The notes beneath the pieces were generated by a model, which saw only the letters and a program-made list of their open reading frames with translations, did no database searches and was not told the DNA's origin. Below, one piece after another: positions 46,901-55,890 of a DNA stretch of 64,000 nt. The first letter of the stretch is position 1; each line of letters opens with the position of its first letter. A program made the position numbers and the translations under genes. The stretch comes from a virus, in IMG/VR virus record IMGVR_UViG_3300047510_002062, positions 3,705-67,704 of that record; one strand, given 5' to 3'.

Positions 46901-49283
46901 TACTAAAGTTTTGAGATTCCACAAGTAACCTTGCGGTCAATTGATCCATGAATTTCTTATCACCCCATCCTTTCTCTTTAAATCTTCCAGTTTGAAGCAT
47001 TCTATAAAGAAGTGGAATAGACTTTGCAAGTGTTGGATCAAATTTATGATTTGGATCTCCTGATATTTTTCTTCCAAGATTTAATACAGGAGTACCTCCA
47101 GCAATTCCACCATTGGAGAATCCATGAATTATTCCACCATTAGAAAATCCTGGGAGACTTTTTCCTCCTTTTGTTTTTATGTTATCGCTATCAACCTTTT
47201 GTGGTTTTCTTTTTGAAAGCCATGCTGGAATATTAATTCCAAATTTATTGTATATACTCTGCTGAACATCTGGAGATAAAATTGCCTCTCCTCTTTTAAC
47301 AGCAATTGTAGTTGGACTTCCTATATTTGAAGATGATCCACTTAATGCCCCAGTTACTCCTCCAGTTAATGCACCAATTGGACCTCCAAGTGCCCCACCA
47401 ACACCCACACCAGACATTGCCTTCATGAGAAGACTTTGATCTTTTTCAGTTAATATGGCATCACCTATGTTCGCCTTTATTAACGTATCATCCTTTCCTG
47501 CACCAGTGATTGGTACACCATCTCCTGAAGATATTCTATCAACTACTCCACCAATATTGAATGAACTAGTTTTTGAAGCATCTTTTGATTGCTTTTCAAC
47601 TTCTGGTCCTGTTTTTTGTAGGATTAAATTTGCTAATCCAGGAAGACCACCCATTTGAATGAACTTTGGATCTTTATCAAGACCACTCGTTTCAACTTCT
47701 CTAGTAGCTTGATTAAACTGATCCTTTACTTTAGAATCTTTAAGTAATCCAGATCCTAATATGGATCCAATACCACCCAATCCACCCAAAGATGCCGCTA
47801 TTGGCAATGAACTTAAATTGGAAGAAATGTCTCCAGCAGTTTCTAATCCCCTTTTTCCAAGAGAAAGTCCCAAACCAATAGGACTATATTTCAATGCATT
47901 GAGTGCTAACCCACCTATACCCCTAAAAGCACCACCAGCAGTTTTTGATATTCCCGAAGATGCAAATTCTGTAGTTTTTTGTAAATTTTGAAATCCCTGT
48001 TTTCCAACCTTTAGTGCTAATCCTAACGGAGAATACTCAAGAGTTTTTCCAACACCTTCTTTTGCTGCATCAAAAACTCCAGGAGTAATTTTACCAAGAT
48101 TTTCAGCACCAAATTTTCCGGCTTTGAACATCAATCCCAAAGGACTGTATTCAAATGCTTTTCCTATAGAACCAGCTATTCCACCTTTTTCAAATTTTTC
48201 AGTTGGTTCTGAAGGAAGGTTTGGTAATTCTGTGTTTGGTGGTGCCTCTGTGTCCCCCGAAGATGACTTTTCTCCAGGCATTAAAGATTTACCGACTGCT
48301 ACTGCTCCTAGTCCCAATCCAGCAAGGGCAGCTATTTTTCCTTTGGCACCCAGTTTACCTATGACGGGAATTAATTTTTTAGCAATAACAACTGCCATTT
48401 TGGCAGTCCATACCCCCAACTTTACAGTAAATCTAGTTATAAATCTACCAATCGATGTACCAAAAGCAAGCCAAGACCCAACCAACAAAACCCAATGATC
48501 ACGAAGAAACATTATAATGTCTACGACTTTCTTTTGATTATTTGGATCACTGAACCATTCGCTGAACATTTTAAATGCTTTAGCAGCAAACATCCAGAAA
48601 AGAAAGTTTTTAATTCGTTGGAATAGTTGTTGTAATGGAGATAATGCTTTCTCTGCTGCTTTTATTATTATTGGCGTATCTTTCTTTTCAGAAGAAACAC
48701 TTTCCATTTCATCTTCTTTAGATTCCGCTCTAGATCTTTCTGAAGATCTTCTAGAACTGTCGGCGGATTTTCTTTGAAATGCTAGTTGATTTTCTAGTGT
48801 CGTTAAAATGGATCCTACAGTTTTGTCGATATTTTTTAAGATCGACAATAGAGAATCCGACTTTGGTTTTGGTTCCTCTGTTTTTGTTTGATCTTCTACT
48901 GTAGTCTTTGAGGTTTTATAAGTTCCCGTTCCTACAAGACTTTTTACTGGCTTAACATCATTATTACTTTTTCTTTTATTATTGTCAACAAACTTAGATA
49001 TATTTGTTACTTTAGTGGGATCTATTGGATCCCTTTTAACTTTCTTTTTCTTTTTAGAAGTTTTAAAAACAGTTTCTTTTTTTACCCCTTTTACTCTCTT
49101 AAGTTCTTCTGTTATTCTTTGCGTATCATCAGAAGAATACTTTGATTCGTTCATTCTAGCAGCAACTGCTGCTTCTCTTAATGCTCTAAAATAATCTTCC
49201 CAAGACAATTCGTAATCATCTTGAAGACCCAACAAGTCAATAATATTCTGTTCAATTACTTGACTTGTTGGGTTAGAATCCAT
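43917..49283 (-). CDS. Tape-measure-like (gp29-position) protein with a GH19 lysozyme/chitinase domain, 1788 aa
   Basis: VESQNF...YGNRKDLGN...DGYNFRGRGAIQLTGRTHY...NPDLLA...INGGYN; FxxGG and GEYVIP motifs; upstream neighbours gp26 and gp51. Confidence 0.75.
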   Translation of the reverse strand: MDSNPTSQVIEQNIIDLLGLQDDYELSWEDYFRALREAAVAARMNESKYSSDDTQRITEELKRVKGVKKETVFKTSKKKKKVKRDPIDPTKVTNISKFVDNNKRKSNNDVKPVKSLVGTGTYKTSKTTVEDQTKTEEPKPKSDSLLSILKNIDKTVGSILTTLENQLAFQRKSADSSRRSSERSRAESKEDEMESVSSEKKDTPIIIKAAEKALSPLQQLFQRIKNFLFWMFAAKAFKMFSEWFSDPNNQKKVVDIIMFLRDHWVLLVGSWLAFGTSIGRFITRFTVKLGVWTAKMAVVIAKKLIPVIGKLGAKGKIAALAGLGLGAVAVGKSLMPGEKSSSGDTEAPPNTELPNLPSEPTEKFEKGGIAGSIGKAFEYSPLGLMFKAGKFGAENLGKITPGVFDAAKEGVGKTLEYSPLGLALKVGKQGFQNLQKTTEFASSGISKTAGGAFRGIGGLALNALKYSPIGLGLSLGKRGLETAGDISSNLSSLPIAASLGGLGGIGSILGSGLLKDSKVKDQFNQATREVETSGLDKDPKFIQMGGLPGLANLILQKTGPEVEKQSKDASKTSSFNIGGVVDRISSGDGVPITGAGKDDTLIKANIGDAILTEKDQSLLMKAMSGVGVGGALGGPIGALTGGVTGALSGSSSNIGSPTTIAVKRGEAILSPDVQQSIYNKFGINIPAWLSKRKPQKVDSDNIKTKGGKSLPGFSNGGIIHGFSNGGIAGGTPVLNLGRKISGDPNHKFDPTLAKSIPLLYRMLQTGRFKEKGWGDKKFMDQLTARLLVESQNFSRAKEMYNSDSRDPKGKEGYYYFGEGYGNRKDLGNKGFDDGYNFRGRGAIQLTGRTHYEGLNKWLAKNGYKGIDVVKNPDLLATDPRVQALSTIYYLEDREKTFGVSFADMAKRGDSEAFTYNINGGYNHLAETQDNLRRIQGLSGGVNYGTGFGPAAPKPTSKPAQGNPIMNIASRAMSSIGNFFAPPASAGSKPASRPAGSKPAPPSPKRWAIDPRGWIGKQGGGLVKGAKKFASNAFNGLLNLISQPASAATSGRTKSKQLKLAGSLIDVKPISHPGDIDVSIPSLKKYAEQKYEGEFSSKTGVQGLQDGGLVNFGGGRLNIQNPDRYLKDRYGIDVNIPTLQERNVDFNEPFRNLGEGMRSLGGRARNLFSPLSNLFGRKPKRPRVTETSRKIGTRSTSFFPSGLIKENTGLNIPGGTADKQLTALQPGEYVIPKDSVDRLGKGFFDHIVGSTDSNSSPVKEGLTNDVFKKPVNLGLNIPSIKSNFDSSKIQNNTSFAFNPNVNLNPKKKSSISDTLNELRGMRANSLERQGRLGEAYGLRGFGTGVDFSSISKKSFGSSVNTGVGIKPLNNTTTYDLNKSKNNTNLAFNLNNLTGSNKKSSFALDPTKTAASMPHVYAAARAARERARLEGLSPQEVEKRVVEASIKAKEEGPSKLFNSQIDWISLFNNKPKSSIDTNVAFNPSINLNDNKNASKKESINDSLNQLRGMRSNSLERQGRLGEAYGLRAFGSGVNFSQLSNKSNTAIEFNPNINLNQNKLKEADSNKVNPYNVNLGLNIPSIKSNFDSSKIKNNSSLAFNPNLNLNINKKESIDDRLNQLRGMRSNSLERQGRLGEAYGLRGFNTGMNFSSLFTKGLVMENSGVDIPGGTADRQFTALQPGEYVIPKDSVDRLGKVFFDSIVGSTDSNSSPAKLGKTLNTIGNRIKPYEKPSEGKGGIVKLPPIKSGGNASGGGGQKAGQKEVMFDPLCTNPSAVTERQRIQDTYGIVSPF
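44161..45660. repeat. Dispersed internal duplications in the 1788-aa gene
   Basis: About 60-nt unit x3 (44377, 44716, 45277); segment around 44370-44575 repeated 900 nt away; 44161-44300 repeated at about 45518-45660 with a >50-nt identical core. Confidence 0.85.
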
Positions 49284-49458
49284 TTTTACTTGCTGCTTTA
49301 CGTTTTAGTTCTTCATCTTCTAAGTGCTGTTCTAATAACATCACGTAAATATCCCTTTCCCAAGGCATCATATTTTCAATTTCTGTCAATGAATATTTAT
49401 GGAACTGCATTAAAGCAAAATTTAATCGGAAATAATTTTCCATGTCCATGTGGGACAT
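49273..49458 (-). CDS. gp51: Baseplate hub assembly catalyst
   Basis: YFRLNFALMQFHKYSLTEIENMMPWERDIYV. Confidence 0.9.
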   Translation of the reverse strand: MSHMDMENYFRLNFALMQFHKYSLTEIENMMPWERDIYVMLLEQHLEDEELKRKAASKNGF

Positions 49459-49460
49459 TC

Positions 49461-50186
49461 CTATCCGAAAAAAGAAGAAAGACCTTCAAGTACTACTTCA
49501 GATTCTACACCAGTATTTGGATTCTTGATTTTCATTGTATGTGCAAGTTTTGGCATTGTTTCAAAGAATTTTTCAATTTGCTTAAATTGAATTGAATTCA
49601 TTTGATCTAGAAAATCTACCAATTCTTTTTTAGATACATCAGAAGAATCCCACACTTCCTCCTCATTGTAAATTTTATCGATACAAGAAGCGATTAGTTC
49701 AAATGATTGATCTACATTGGCACTATCTTGATTAATGTCAAAATTATTTTTAATGAATTGCTCCAATGATGGATACTTCATTTCCATCATTAAATGATCA
49801 TCTAATTTAATTTTGTTGTCATGGGCATCATCAACTAAAACATTAATATCATTAATTGCGATTGAAACTGGAACTTCAGTTATTCCATCATCGGGACAAA
49901 TGATATTAATATCAACAACTTCACCAACAGACTTTGCTCTAATGTTTAAGAACAAATACTCAATGTCAAAGGTTGGTAAATTTTCTACTTTCATATTTTT
50001 GGGACTTTCAATACAATTCTTAATTACCTGTTTTACTGCATTGGTAATTTCTTTTGTATCTTCAGTCTCCATTGCTAAAACTAAAAGTTTCTCTTCCTTC
50101 ACCAAAAACGGTCTGTACTTAATTTTCTGTTTTGTTGATGGAAGAATTAATTCATAATGGGGTGTTGAAATTTTAGGTAATGGCAT
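49461..50186 (-). CDS. gp26: Baseplate hub subunit
   Basis: MPLPKI...IKYRPFLVKEEKLL...FDIEYLFLNIRAKSVGE...LEGLSSFF. Confidence 0.92.
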   Translation of the reverse strand: MPLPKISTPHYELILPSTKQKIKYRPFLVKEEKLLVLAMETEDTKEITNAVKQVIKNCIESPKNMKVENLPTFDIEYLFLNIRAKSVGEVVDINIICPDDGITEVPVSIAINDINVLVDDAHDNKIKLDDHLMMEMKYPSLEQFIKNNFDINQDSANVDQSFELIASCIDKIYNEEEVWDSSDVSKKELVDFLDQMNSIQFKQIEKFFETMPKLAHTMKIKNPNTGVESEVVLEGLSSFFG

Positions 50187-50211
50187 AACTATTTGTCCAA
50201 TTCAGATGTTT

Positions 50212-50219
50212 TATTTATA
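50212..50219 (-). promoter_or_regulatory. T4-type late promoter TATAAATA
   Basis: Exact consensus about 26 nt upstream of gp26. Confidence 0.8.
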
Positions 50220-50236
50220 CTATGTATACGGTTTTT

Positions 50237-51109
50237 TTATCTAGTCGTTCCACTTAAAAATGGTACATTGGAAAGAGACGGATTAATATTGTCTTTAAAT
50301 TTCTTAAAGGAATCTCCAAAATTTTCTCCTTCCGATCCAGCAAAAAAGTTAAATGCAGATAATGGATCATTGTATATATTGTTTGATTTTAATGCACCAA
50401 AGGGACCAAAATATTTTCTCTCCGCTATGTACCTAGTATATGCGAAAGAAACTGTACATTTTAAAACCTGAGCTTGATCATAAGAAACTGGCATCGCAGA
50501 TATTGCGAGAGGATATGCCTGACAAAATTTATATTCAATATAAGTGCCCATTGATCCAACGTAATGTGTTTTATTTCCGGGTTCAAATTTATTAATGTAT
50601 ATGTCAGTTTGATAATATTTTGGAAATGCTACTCGGTAAAAATAGTTTCTTGCATCCGCCCCTGGTCTATCTTTAACTGGATCTCTAGATTCTTGAACTA
50701 CGCTATTGATCCAATTTTCAAAAAATTGAAGTATCACATGACTTTTTCCACCGTCAGCACCAAAATCATCTACATAAAAACTAAAGTCTGCCCTATCTTC
50801 ATATATTTTTCTGTAGGCATGTCTTTCAGTAACACCAGTAAAATCATCTTTAATTTCATTAGTCGCTAACTGTGTTCCAGGAAGACTTGCTTCATGGCAC
50901 ATATACATCAAATTTTCTTCTAATCTGTCTCCCTTATAATCAACTTTACGAAGACCCCTTTGGGCGGCAATCCATTCTCTAGATTTTTGACTTGGATAAA
51001 ACCAACACTGAAAATGGGAAGTGCGAGATACCTTACCAAGTATATTTCTTACAGCACGATGTAGATTACCAGTTTCGTGTCTTGGTGCTGGTGCTCCGTT
51101 ATTTGCCAT
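50237..51109 (-). CDS. Baseplate/tail-tube initiator (gp54/gp19-fold)
   Basis: CHEASLPG...FSFYVD...FFENW...AYPLAISAMPVSYD...TVSFAY. Confidence 0.8.
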   Translation of the reverse strand: MANNGAPAPRHETGNLHRAVRNILGKVSRTSHFQCWFYPSQKSREWIAAQRGLRKVDYKGDRLEENLMYMCHEASLPGTQLATNEIKDDFTGVTERHAYRKIYEDRADFSFYVDDFGADGGKSHVILQFFENWINSVVQESRDPVKDRPGADARNYFYRVAFPKYYQTDIYINKFEPGNKTHYVGSMGTYIEYKFCQAYPLAISAMPVSYDQAQVLKCTVSFAYTRYIAERKYFGPFGALKSNNIYNDPLSAFNFFAGSEGENFGDSFKKFKDNINPSLSNVPFLSGTTR

Positions 51110-51110
51110 T

Positions 51111-51118
51111 TATAAATA
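51111..51118 (+). promoter_or_regulatory. T4-type late promoter TATAAATA
   Basis: Exact consensus about 24 nt upstream of gp4. Confidence 0.8.
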
Positions 51119-51141
51119 CGTAAAAATCTCCTATACTATGT

Positions 51142-51600
51142 ATGCAAAGAAGAGAAGGAAAATATCATCAAGGTAAATTTAATCCAAGAAATCCAGAAAA
51201 GTATAAAGGTAAAGATGTAAGAAATATAGTTTATAGATCTTCTTGGGAATTGAAATTTATGAAATGGTGTGATCGAGAAGAAAATATTTTAGAATGGGGT
51301 AGTGAAGAGTTCTTTATTCCATACTATGATCCAACTACAAAAAAAGTTAGAAGATATTTTCCAGATTTTTATATGAAAGTTAAAGATAAAGAAGATAATA
51401 TTCAAAGGTATGTTGTTGAAGTAAAACCAAAAAATCAAGTATTAAAACCACAAAGAACATCCAGAAAAAAAGAAAAAACATTTTTGACTGAAGTGTTAAC
51501 CTGGGAAAAAAATCAAGCAAAATGGAAAGCTGCAAGAGATTTTTGTGAGGATAGGATGATTAAATTTTCAATAATAACAGAAGATCAATTAGGGTTATAA
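51142..51600 (+). CDS. gp4: Head completion protein (TnsA-like nuclease fold)
   Basis: YRSSWELKFMKWCD...WGSEE...RRYFPDF...VVEVKP...NQAKWKAA...IITE. Confidence 0.93.
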   Translation: MQRREGKYHQGKFNPRNPEKYKGKDVRNIVYRSSWELKFMKWCDREENILEWGSEEFFIPYYDPTTKKVRRYFPDFYMKVKDKEDNIQRYVVEVKPKNQVLKPQRTSRKKEKTFLTEVLTWEKNQAKWKAARDFCEDRMIKFSIITEDQLGL

Positions 51601-51603
51601 ATA
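51596..51603 (+). promoter_or_regulatory. T4-type late promoter TATAAATA
   Basis: Exact consensus overlapping the gp4 stop, upstream of gp48. Confidence 0.75.
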
Positions 51604-51633
51604 TTCTTATGCGAACACAGTCTGTATAAGTAG

Positions 51634-52851
51634 ATGGCACCACCAGTAGGTTGGAGTAAAAATAGTGATGGATCTTATACATCACCAATAGTTAGTTCAG
51701 GTGGTGTAAAAACAAAACTAGTTACCACTTTAGATGGAAGTCAAAAAATTACAAATGAAAGCGGAACTGTAATTTTTGAAAGAAATCTTGGAGATACAAA
51801 GTGGAATACTAAAAATAATGATCTAGCAAAGCAAATTACAGACTCTTCCGATGTTCAAAATATTGCAAATGGATCTAGTTATAAATTAATACAATCTGAA
51901 GGAAGTACTGATCAAAAAAACAAAGCAAATTCTTCTGAAGCATTTAAATCAAATAAGAATAAAGTATTTGATAATAGTGAATTTAAAGAAGACGCATATA
52001 AAGCAGAACCTCCAGCAAATCCAGGACAAGTTGCGAAAGGTGGGGGAAGATTTCAGTATCCAGTTACTATGACAGATGCTCAAGATAAAATAAGATTTAC
52101 CGCTGTTGAAATAGTACCCGGTGAAAAAAGCACATATGTTCAAAAAGATACTTCAATATACATTGCAGTTCAAGCACCCATACAAGATACTAATACTGTA
52201 AAATGGGGAGAGAACACTCAAAATGCTATTCAAGAAGGTGGATTAGAACTTGCAAGAGCAACAGGAAACGCAGATGCAAGCGCAGTTGCAAAGGCAACAC
52301 AACAGTATGCGGAGCAAATGAAGGCAAGTAGTGCAGAATTTGCAGAATATGCTCTTGGTCAGGCAGTAGGAGTTCCAGATGCTTTCACACGATCAACAGG
52401 AAAAATATTAAACCCAAACCTAGAATTATTATTTCAAGGACCTCAATTGAGATCTTTTCAAATGTCATTCAAAATGAGTGCAAGAGATGCAGCAGAAGCG
52501 GCAATTGTAAAGGGGATCATAAGATATTTTAAATACCATATGTCAGTTAGAAAAGATGGTGGTGGTGTATTTTTAAAATCACCGCATGTTTTTACTATTC
52601 AATATTTAAAAGGAGTAAATATACATCAATCGATAGGATTAATAAGCCCTAAAGTATCTGGAAAAACTAGAGCGGCAGCATTACTATCTTGCAATGTAGA
52701 TTACACCCCGCTTGGGACATATATAACTTTTGATGATGAAGAAGCGACTATGGTTTCATATACCATTAACTTGCAATTCCAAGAAATAGAAGTGGTTTAC
52801 AACACTGATTATCTTGAAGGAGAGGGAGCAAACCATTCAATAGGTTACTAA
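51634..52851 (+). CDS. gp48: Baseplate tail tube cap
   Basis: ILNPNLELLFQGPQLRSFQMSFKM...LKSPHVF...VDYTP...LQFQE. Confidence 0.88.
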   Translation: MAPPVGWSKNSDGSYTSPIVSSGGVKTKLVTTLDGSQKITNESGTVIFERNLGDTKWNTKNNDLAKQITDSSDVQNIANGSSYKLIQSEGSTDQKNKANSSEAFKSNKNKVFDNSEFKEDAYKAEPPANPGQVAKGGGRFQYPVTMTDAQDKIRFTAVEIVPGEKSTYVQKDTSIYIAVQAPIQDTNTVKWGENTQNAIQEGGLELARATGNADASAVAKATQQYAEQMKASSAEFAEYALGQAVGVPDAFTRSTGKILNPNLELLFQGPQLRSFQMSFKMSARDAAEAAIVKGIIRYFKYHMSVRKDGGGVFLKSPHVFTIQYLKGVNIHQSIGLISPKVSGKTRAAALLSCNVDYTPLGTYITFDDEEATMVSYTINLQFQEIEVVYNTDYLEGEGANHSIGY

Positions 52852-52852
52852 T

Positions 52853-53650
52853 ATGTCAGACTTAAGTTACTTTAGATTCATACCAGATTTTGAATATGTC
52901 ACTAGAGGACCAAACAAAGAAAATTCTTTTGATTTCACAAAAGTAAAAAATTTCTTTGTTAGAGGAAAAATAAGAGATGACATTTACAAAGAAATAACAG
53001 TATTTGATCGTTACATTATTGAAGGTAACGATAGACCAGATACTGTTGCATATAAACTCTATGAAGATCCAAATTTAGATTGGGTAGTTTTATTAGTAAA
53101 TAACATCTTAGATGTCTATTCAGAATGGCCTTTAGATGATCAGCAATTTGAATCTTATTTACTTGAAAAATATGGTTCTTATTCAAAGATATATGAAACA
53201 AGATACTATGAAACAAAGGAAATAAAGTCCGAAGACGGAACCATTTTAATACCTGCCGGATTAAAAGTTTCAAGTCAATACATAGACAACAATAAAACAA
53301 TATTCATTCGTAGAAGTCTTGGATTCCCAGAACTCAATTCAAACGTAGAGCAATTTGAAATTGTGGAAGTACCAAATCCAAATTACTTAACATTAATTCC
53401 AACATTCTTTACTTACTTTGATTCTCTATCAGGTAAAGAGATCACATATAATGACGTAATAAAAGAAGTATCAAATTATGAGTATGAAGTTAAATTGAAT
53501 TCAAAAAAGAGACAGATCTTCGTTTTAAAAAAAGAATATCTTAATGTTATTCTGGATCAAATGGAAGAAAATTTACAATACAAAAAAGGATCCAAACAAT
53601 ATGTGTCTGAATCCTTAAAGAGAGCATCTACTGTAGAGTTTGAAGATTAA
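52853..53650 (+). CDS. gp53: Baseplate wedge subunit
   Basis: YF..IP.F.Y...DRPDTVAYKLYEDPNLDWVVLLVNNI...EWPL...NYEYE..LN..KR.I. Confidence 0.92.
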   Translation: MSDLSYFRFIPDFEYVTRGPNKENSFDFTKVKNFFVRGKIRDDIYKEITVFDRYIIEGNDRPDTVAYKLYEDPNLDWVVLLVNNILDVYSEWPLDDQQFESYLLEKYGSYSKIYETRYYETKEIKSEDGTILIPAGLKVSSQYIDNNKTIFIRRSLGFPELNSNVEQFEIVEVPNPNYLTLIPTFFTYFDSLSGKEITYNDVIKEVSNYEYEVKLNSKKRQIFVLKKEYLNVILDQMEENLQYKKGSKQYVSESLKRASTVEFED

Positions 53651-54610
53651 TCAATCATCAAGAAGATCTTGGAACTTCTTCATGTAATCATCTTCTTCCT
53701 CGTCATCGTCATCTTTAGTTTCTGCTGGTTTAGAGAAAGACTTACTCTTTTTGTAAGAATTTTCAAGTTCCTTTAGAACTTCTTCTTCAGAAGATTTGCT
53801 GGAAGAATAAGTTTCCTCAAGGGACTCTTCTTCGTCTTGAGTAGAACTCTTAGGTGCTGGTTTGTTGATGCCAAGCACGTAGTTAAGACGTTTTTGAAGT
53901 TCTTCGTAGGACTTGAATTGATCTGGAGCAGTTACAGCAGCAAGAGAATACTCTTTCTTCCAAATTGCTTCCATTGCATCATCATCATCCAGGAGAGGAC
54001 TGGGAGTATCAAATTCAGATTTATCGTAGTTCCAGTAACCTTCGACTTTACGAATCTTCAGTCGGAAGTTTGCTCCTTGCCAGAAATCAAAAGGATTGAT
54101 GGGTTCTTCATCTTCAAATTCTGGTTGCATTGCATTCAGGATCTTATCAAAGATCTTTTTGCCATACTTGAAGAGAAATACTTTACCTTCATTCTCTGGG
54201 GCAGCAGGATCCTTAATAACGTAAACATTGCTGTAGTAAGAAAGTTTACGCTTACTTTGGTTCCTTACAAATTTTTGTCCTTCGGAACCCTCACCTTCCT
54301 GCCAACGTTCACGATTATATTCGGCAAGAGGATCTGCTTTACCAATAGTGGTAAGAGAATTCTCAATGTACCATCCACCAGGACCTTTGAATCCATGATG
54401 CCACATTTTAACCCAAGGAAGTTCTTCATCCCCAGGAGCAGGAAGGAATCGAATGATAGCAGAACCAACACCATCTTTGCCCATGGTTGGTTTCCACAGA
54501 CGATCATCTGCACTGCTGTTACCGCTATTCAGTTTCTCAACTTCTTGAACGAGTTTAGAAGTCAGGGAACCAAGGTTAGATTGTTTTTTAAGTTTAGAAA
54601 AGTCGGCCAT
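53651..54610 (-). CDS. gp32: Single-stranded DNA binding protein
   Basis: DDRLWKP...IRFLPA...GGWYIENSLTT...KRKLSYY.N...FKYGKKIFDK...WNYDKSEF; acidic tail. Confidence 0.97.
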   Translation of the reverse strand: MADFSKLKKQSNLGSLTSKLVQEVEKLNSGNSSADDRLWKPTMGKDGVGSAIIRFLPAPGDEELPWVKMWHHGFKGPGGWYIENSLTTIGKADPLAEYNRERWQEGEGSEGQKFVRNQSKRKLSYYSNVYVIKDPAAPENEGKVFLFKYGKKIFDKILNAMQPEFEDEEPINPFDFWQGANFRLKIRKVEGYWNYDKSEFDTPSPLLDDDDAMEAIWKKEYSLAAVTAPDQFKSYEELQKRLNYVLGINKPAPKSSTQDEEESLEETYSSSKSSEEEVLKELENSYKKSKSFSKPAETKDDDDEEEDDYMKKFQDLLDD

Positions 54611-54649
54611 GTGTTTTGTATTCGTTGTATTTGGCTTTTGGACCTCTTT

Positions 54650-54678
54650 ATCCTACCAGAGGCAAGAAGGGATGTCAA
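54650..54678 (-). promoter_or_regulatory. sigma70-type early promoter TTGACA-N17-TAGGAT for gp32
   Basis: Consensus spacing, about 40 nt upstream of the gp32 ATG. Confidence 0.75.
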
Positions 54679-55007
54679 GCCCGATCCAAAAATTCTTTCA
54701 TAGTCTTCACAGTTTCTTCCATACTTTGAAATATAACATTGATGTCAATATTTTCTGGAAGTCCCATTAGTCTTGCTTGATCCCTGATACCACGTTTCCA
54801 TTCTTGGGCTTCTGGATCATCGGACAAACGAATTCTAGTGTATAGAATTTTTTGCTTATTTAAAAATTTTTCAAGAAGAGAAATATAAAATTTCTGCTCT
54901 TCTTTAGTCATACGAGCAATACTCCAAAGATCTTTATTAATATCTTCCCAGAGCATTGTGATCTCCGTCATTTCTGCTCGCACAATTTCTGAATCAAAAA
55001 AACTCAT
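54675..55007 (-). CDS. DUF1825-like conserved cyanophage protein
   Basis: MSFFDSEIVR...KQKILYTRIRLSDDPEA. Confidence 0.8.
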   Translation of the reverse strand: MSFFDSEIVRAEMTEITMLWEDINKDLWSIARMTKEEQKFYISLLEKFLNKQKILYTRIRLSDDPEAQEWKRGIRDQARLMGLPENIDINVIFQSMEETVKTMKEFLDRA

Positions 55008-55591
55008 GATACAAACTCCTTAACAATATTTTTATACTTCTCAACATCTATGTATAAGAATGGTGAGTATTTTTTTATTTTCATAGATGTAAATTCCCAT
55101 ATTGGATCAATTAATTTTTTATCATAAGTCTCAGTAAAATGCAATAGTTTGTCAAAAACTGTTAGTGTTTCTAATGAAATTTTACTAGAAAGATAAAGTT
55201 TTATTATCTTTGGATGTTTAGTTCCTTCAATTTTAAATGAAGAGAAATCATTTTCAGAAAATACCAAACTAGATTCATCTTTGAACAAATATGTTAAAGA
55301 TTGAATTCGTTTTTGCCATTTTAAATAATTAGATTCCCCATTTTTTATAATTTCACCAATCCAAAGTGTTTGAGGGTCTGAAGAGAGGGCAAAATTTGCA
55401 ACAAAAAAATTCTTTATTTCCTCATCGGTTTTGGTTCTAGACATTTTTTCAAACCAAAATCTATCTTTTCTTTTATAAAAAGATTGCAATGAGGCCTTTA
55501 CATGACCATTGTATTTGTGAAAGTCGTATTTTTTTTGTGTAAAGTGATTTTTGATTGCAATATATGTCCTATAACAATCTAGTGGGTTCAA
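55004..55591 (-). CDS. gp59: Loader of gp41 helicase
   Basis: YIAIKNHFT...YDFHKY.G...FYKRKDRFWFEK...ISLETL...KYSPFL. Confidence 0.92.
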   Translation of the reverse strand: MNPLDCYRTYIAIKNHFTQKKYDFHKYNGHVKASLQSFYKRKDRFWFEKMSRTKTDEEIKNFFVANFALSSDPQTLWIGEIIKNGESNYLKWQKRIQSLTYLFKDESSLVFSENDFSSFKIEGTKHPKIIKLYLSSKISLETLTVFDKLLHFTETYDKKLIDPIWEFTSMKIKKYSPFLYIDVEKYKNIVKEFVS

Positions 55592-55890
55592 AATACTAAT
55601 CTTGCTCTTGAAGTTTTTTTGAGGAAATTTAATTCAATTGCCTCACATTTAATTTTTTCTTTTAATGGTTTAGATAGTAACTTTGGAACAGACTCCAAAT
55701 CAATTTTATTTTTATCACAGAAAAAAATAATTGCATCAATATAAGAACATTTCTCTTGCTGAACAGTAATTTCTATTTCCTGTGCAAATCTAGATGGGCA
55801 ATAAAATTTCTCCTTTAAGATTTTATTAAGTTCTTTTTTTATTTCTTGGTCCATAAAAATATCTGGTAAAACTTTAATTGCCATAATCAT
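55588..55890 (-). CDS. gp33: Late transcription coactivator (true start may be downstream)
   Basis: FAQEIE...YIDAIIFFC...SKPLKEKIKCEAIELNFL. Confidence 0.9.
   Translation of the reverse strand: MIMAIKVLPDIFMDQEIKKELNKILKEKFYCPSRFAQEIEITVQQEKCSYIDAIIFFCDKNKIDLESVPKLLSKPLKEKIKCEAIELNFLKKTSRARLVF

Noticed and set aside
51142-51600. TnsA-like transposase or mobile element
   Set aside because: Sequence and position match the T4 gp4 head completion protein; no transposon ends are present.
53837-54703. 288-aa plus-strand ORF antisense to gp32
   Set aside because: No recognisable motifs or RBS. It is explained by gp32 codon bias, which leaves few antisense stop codons.
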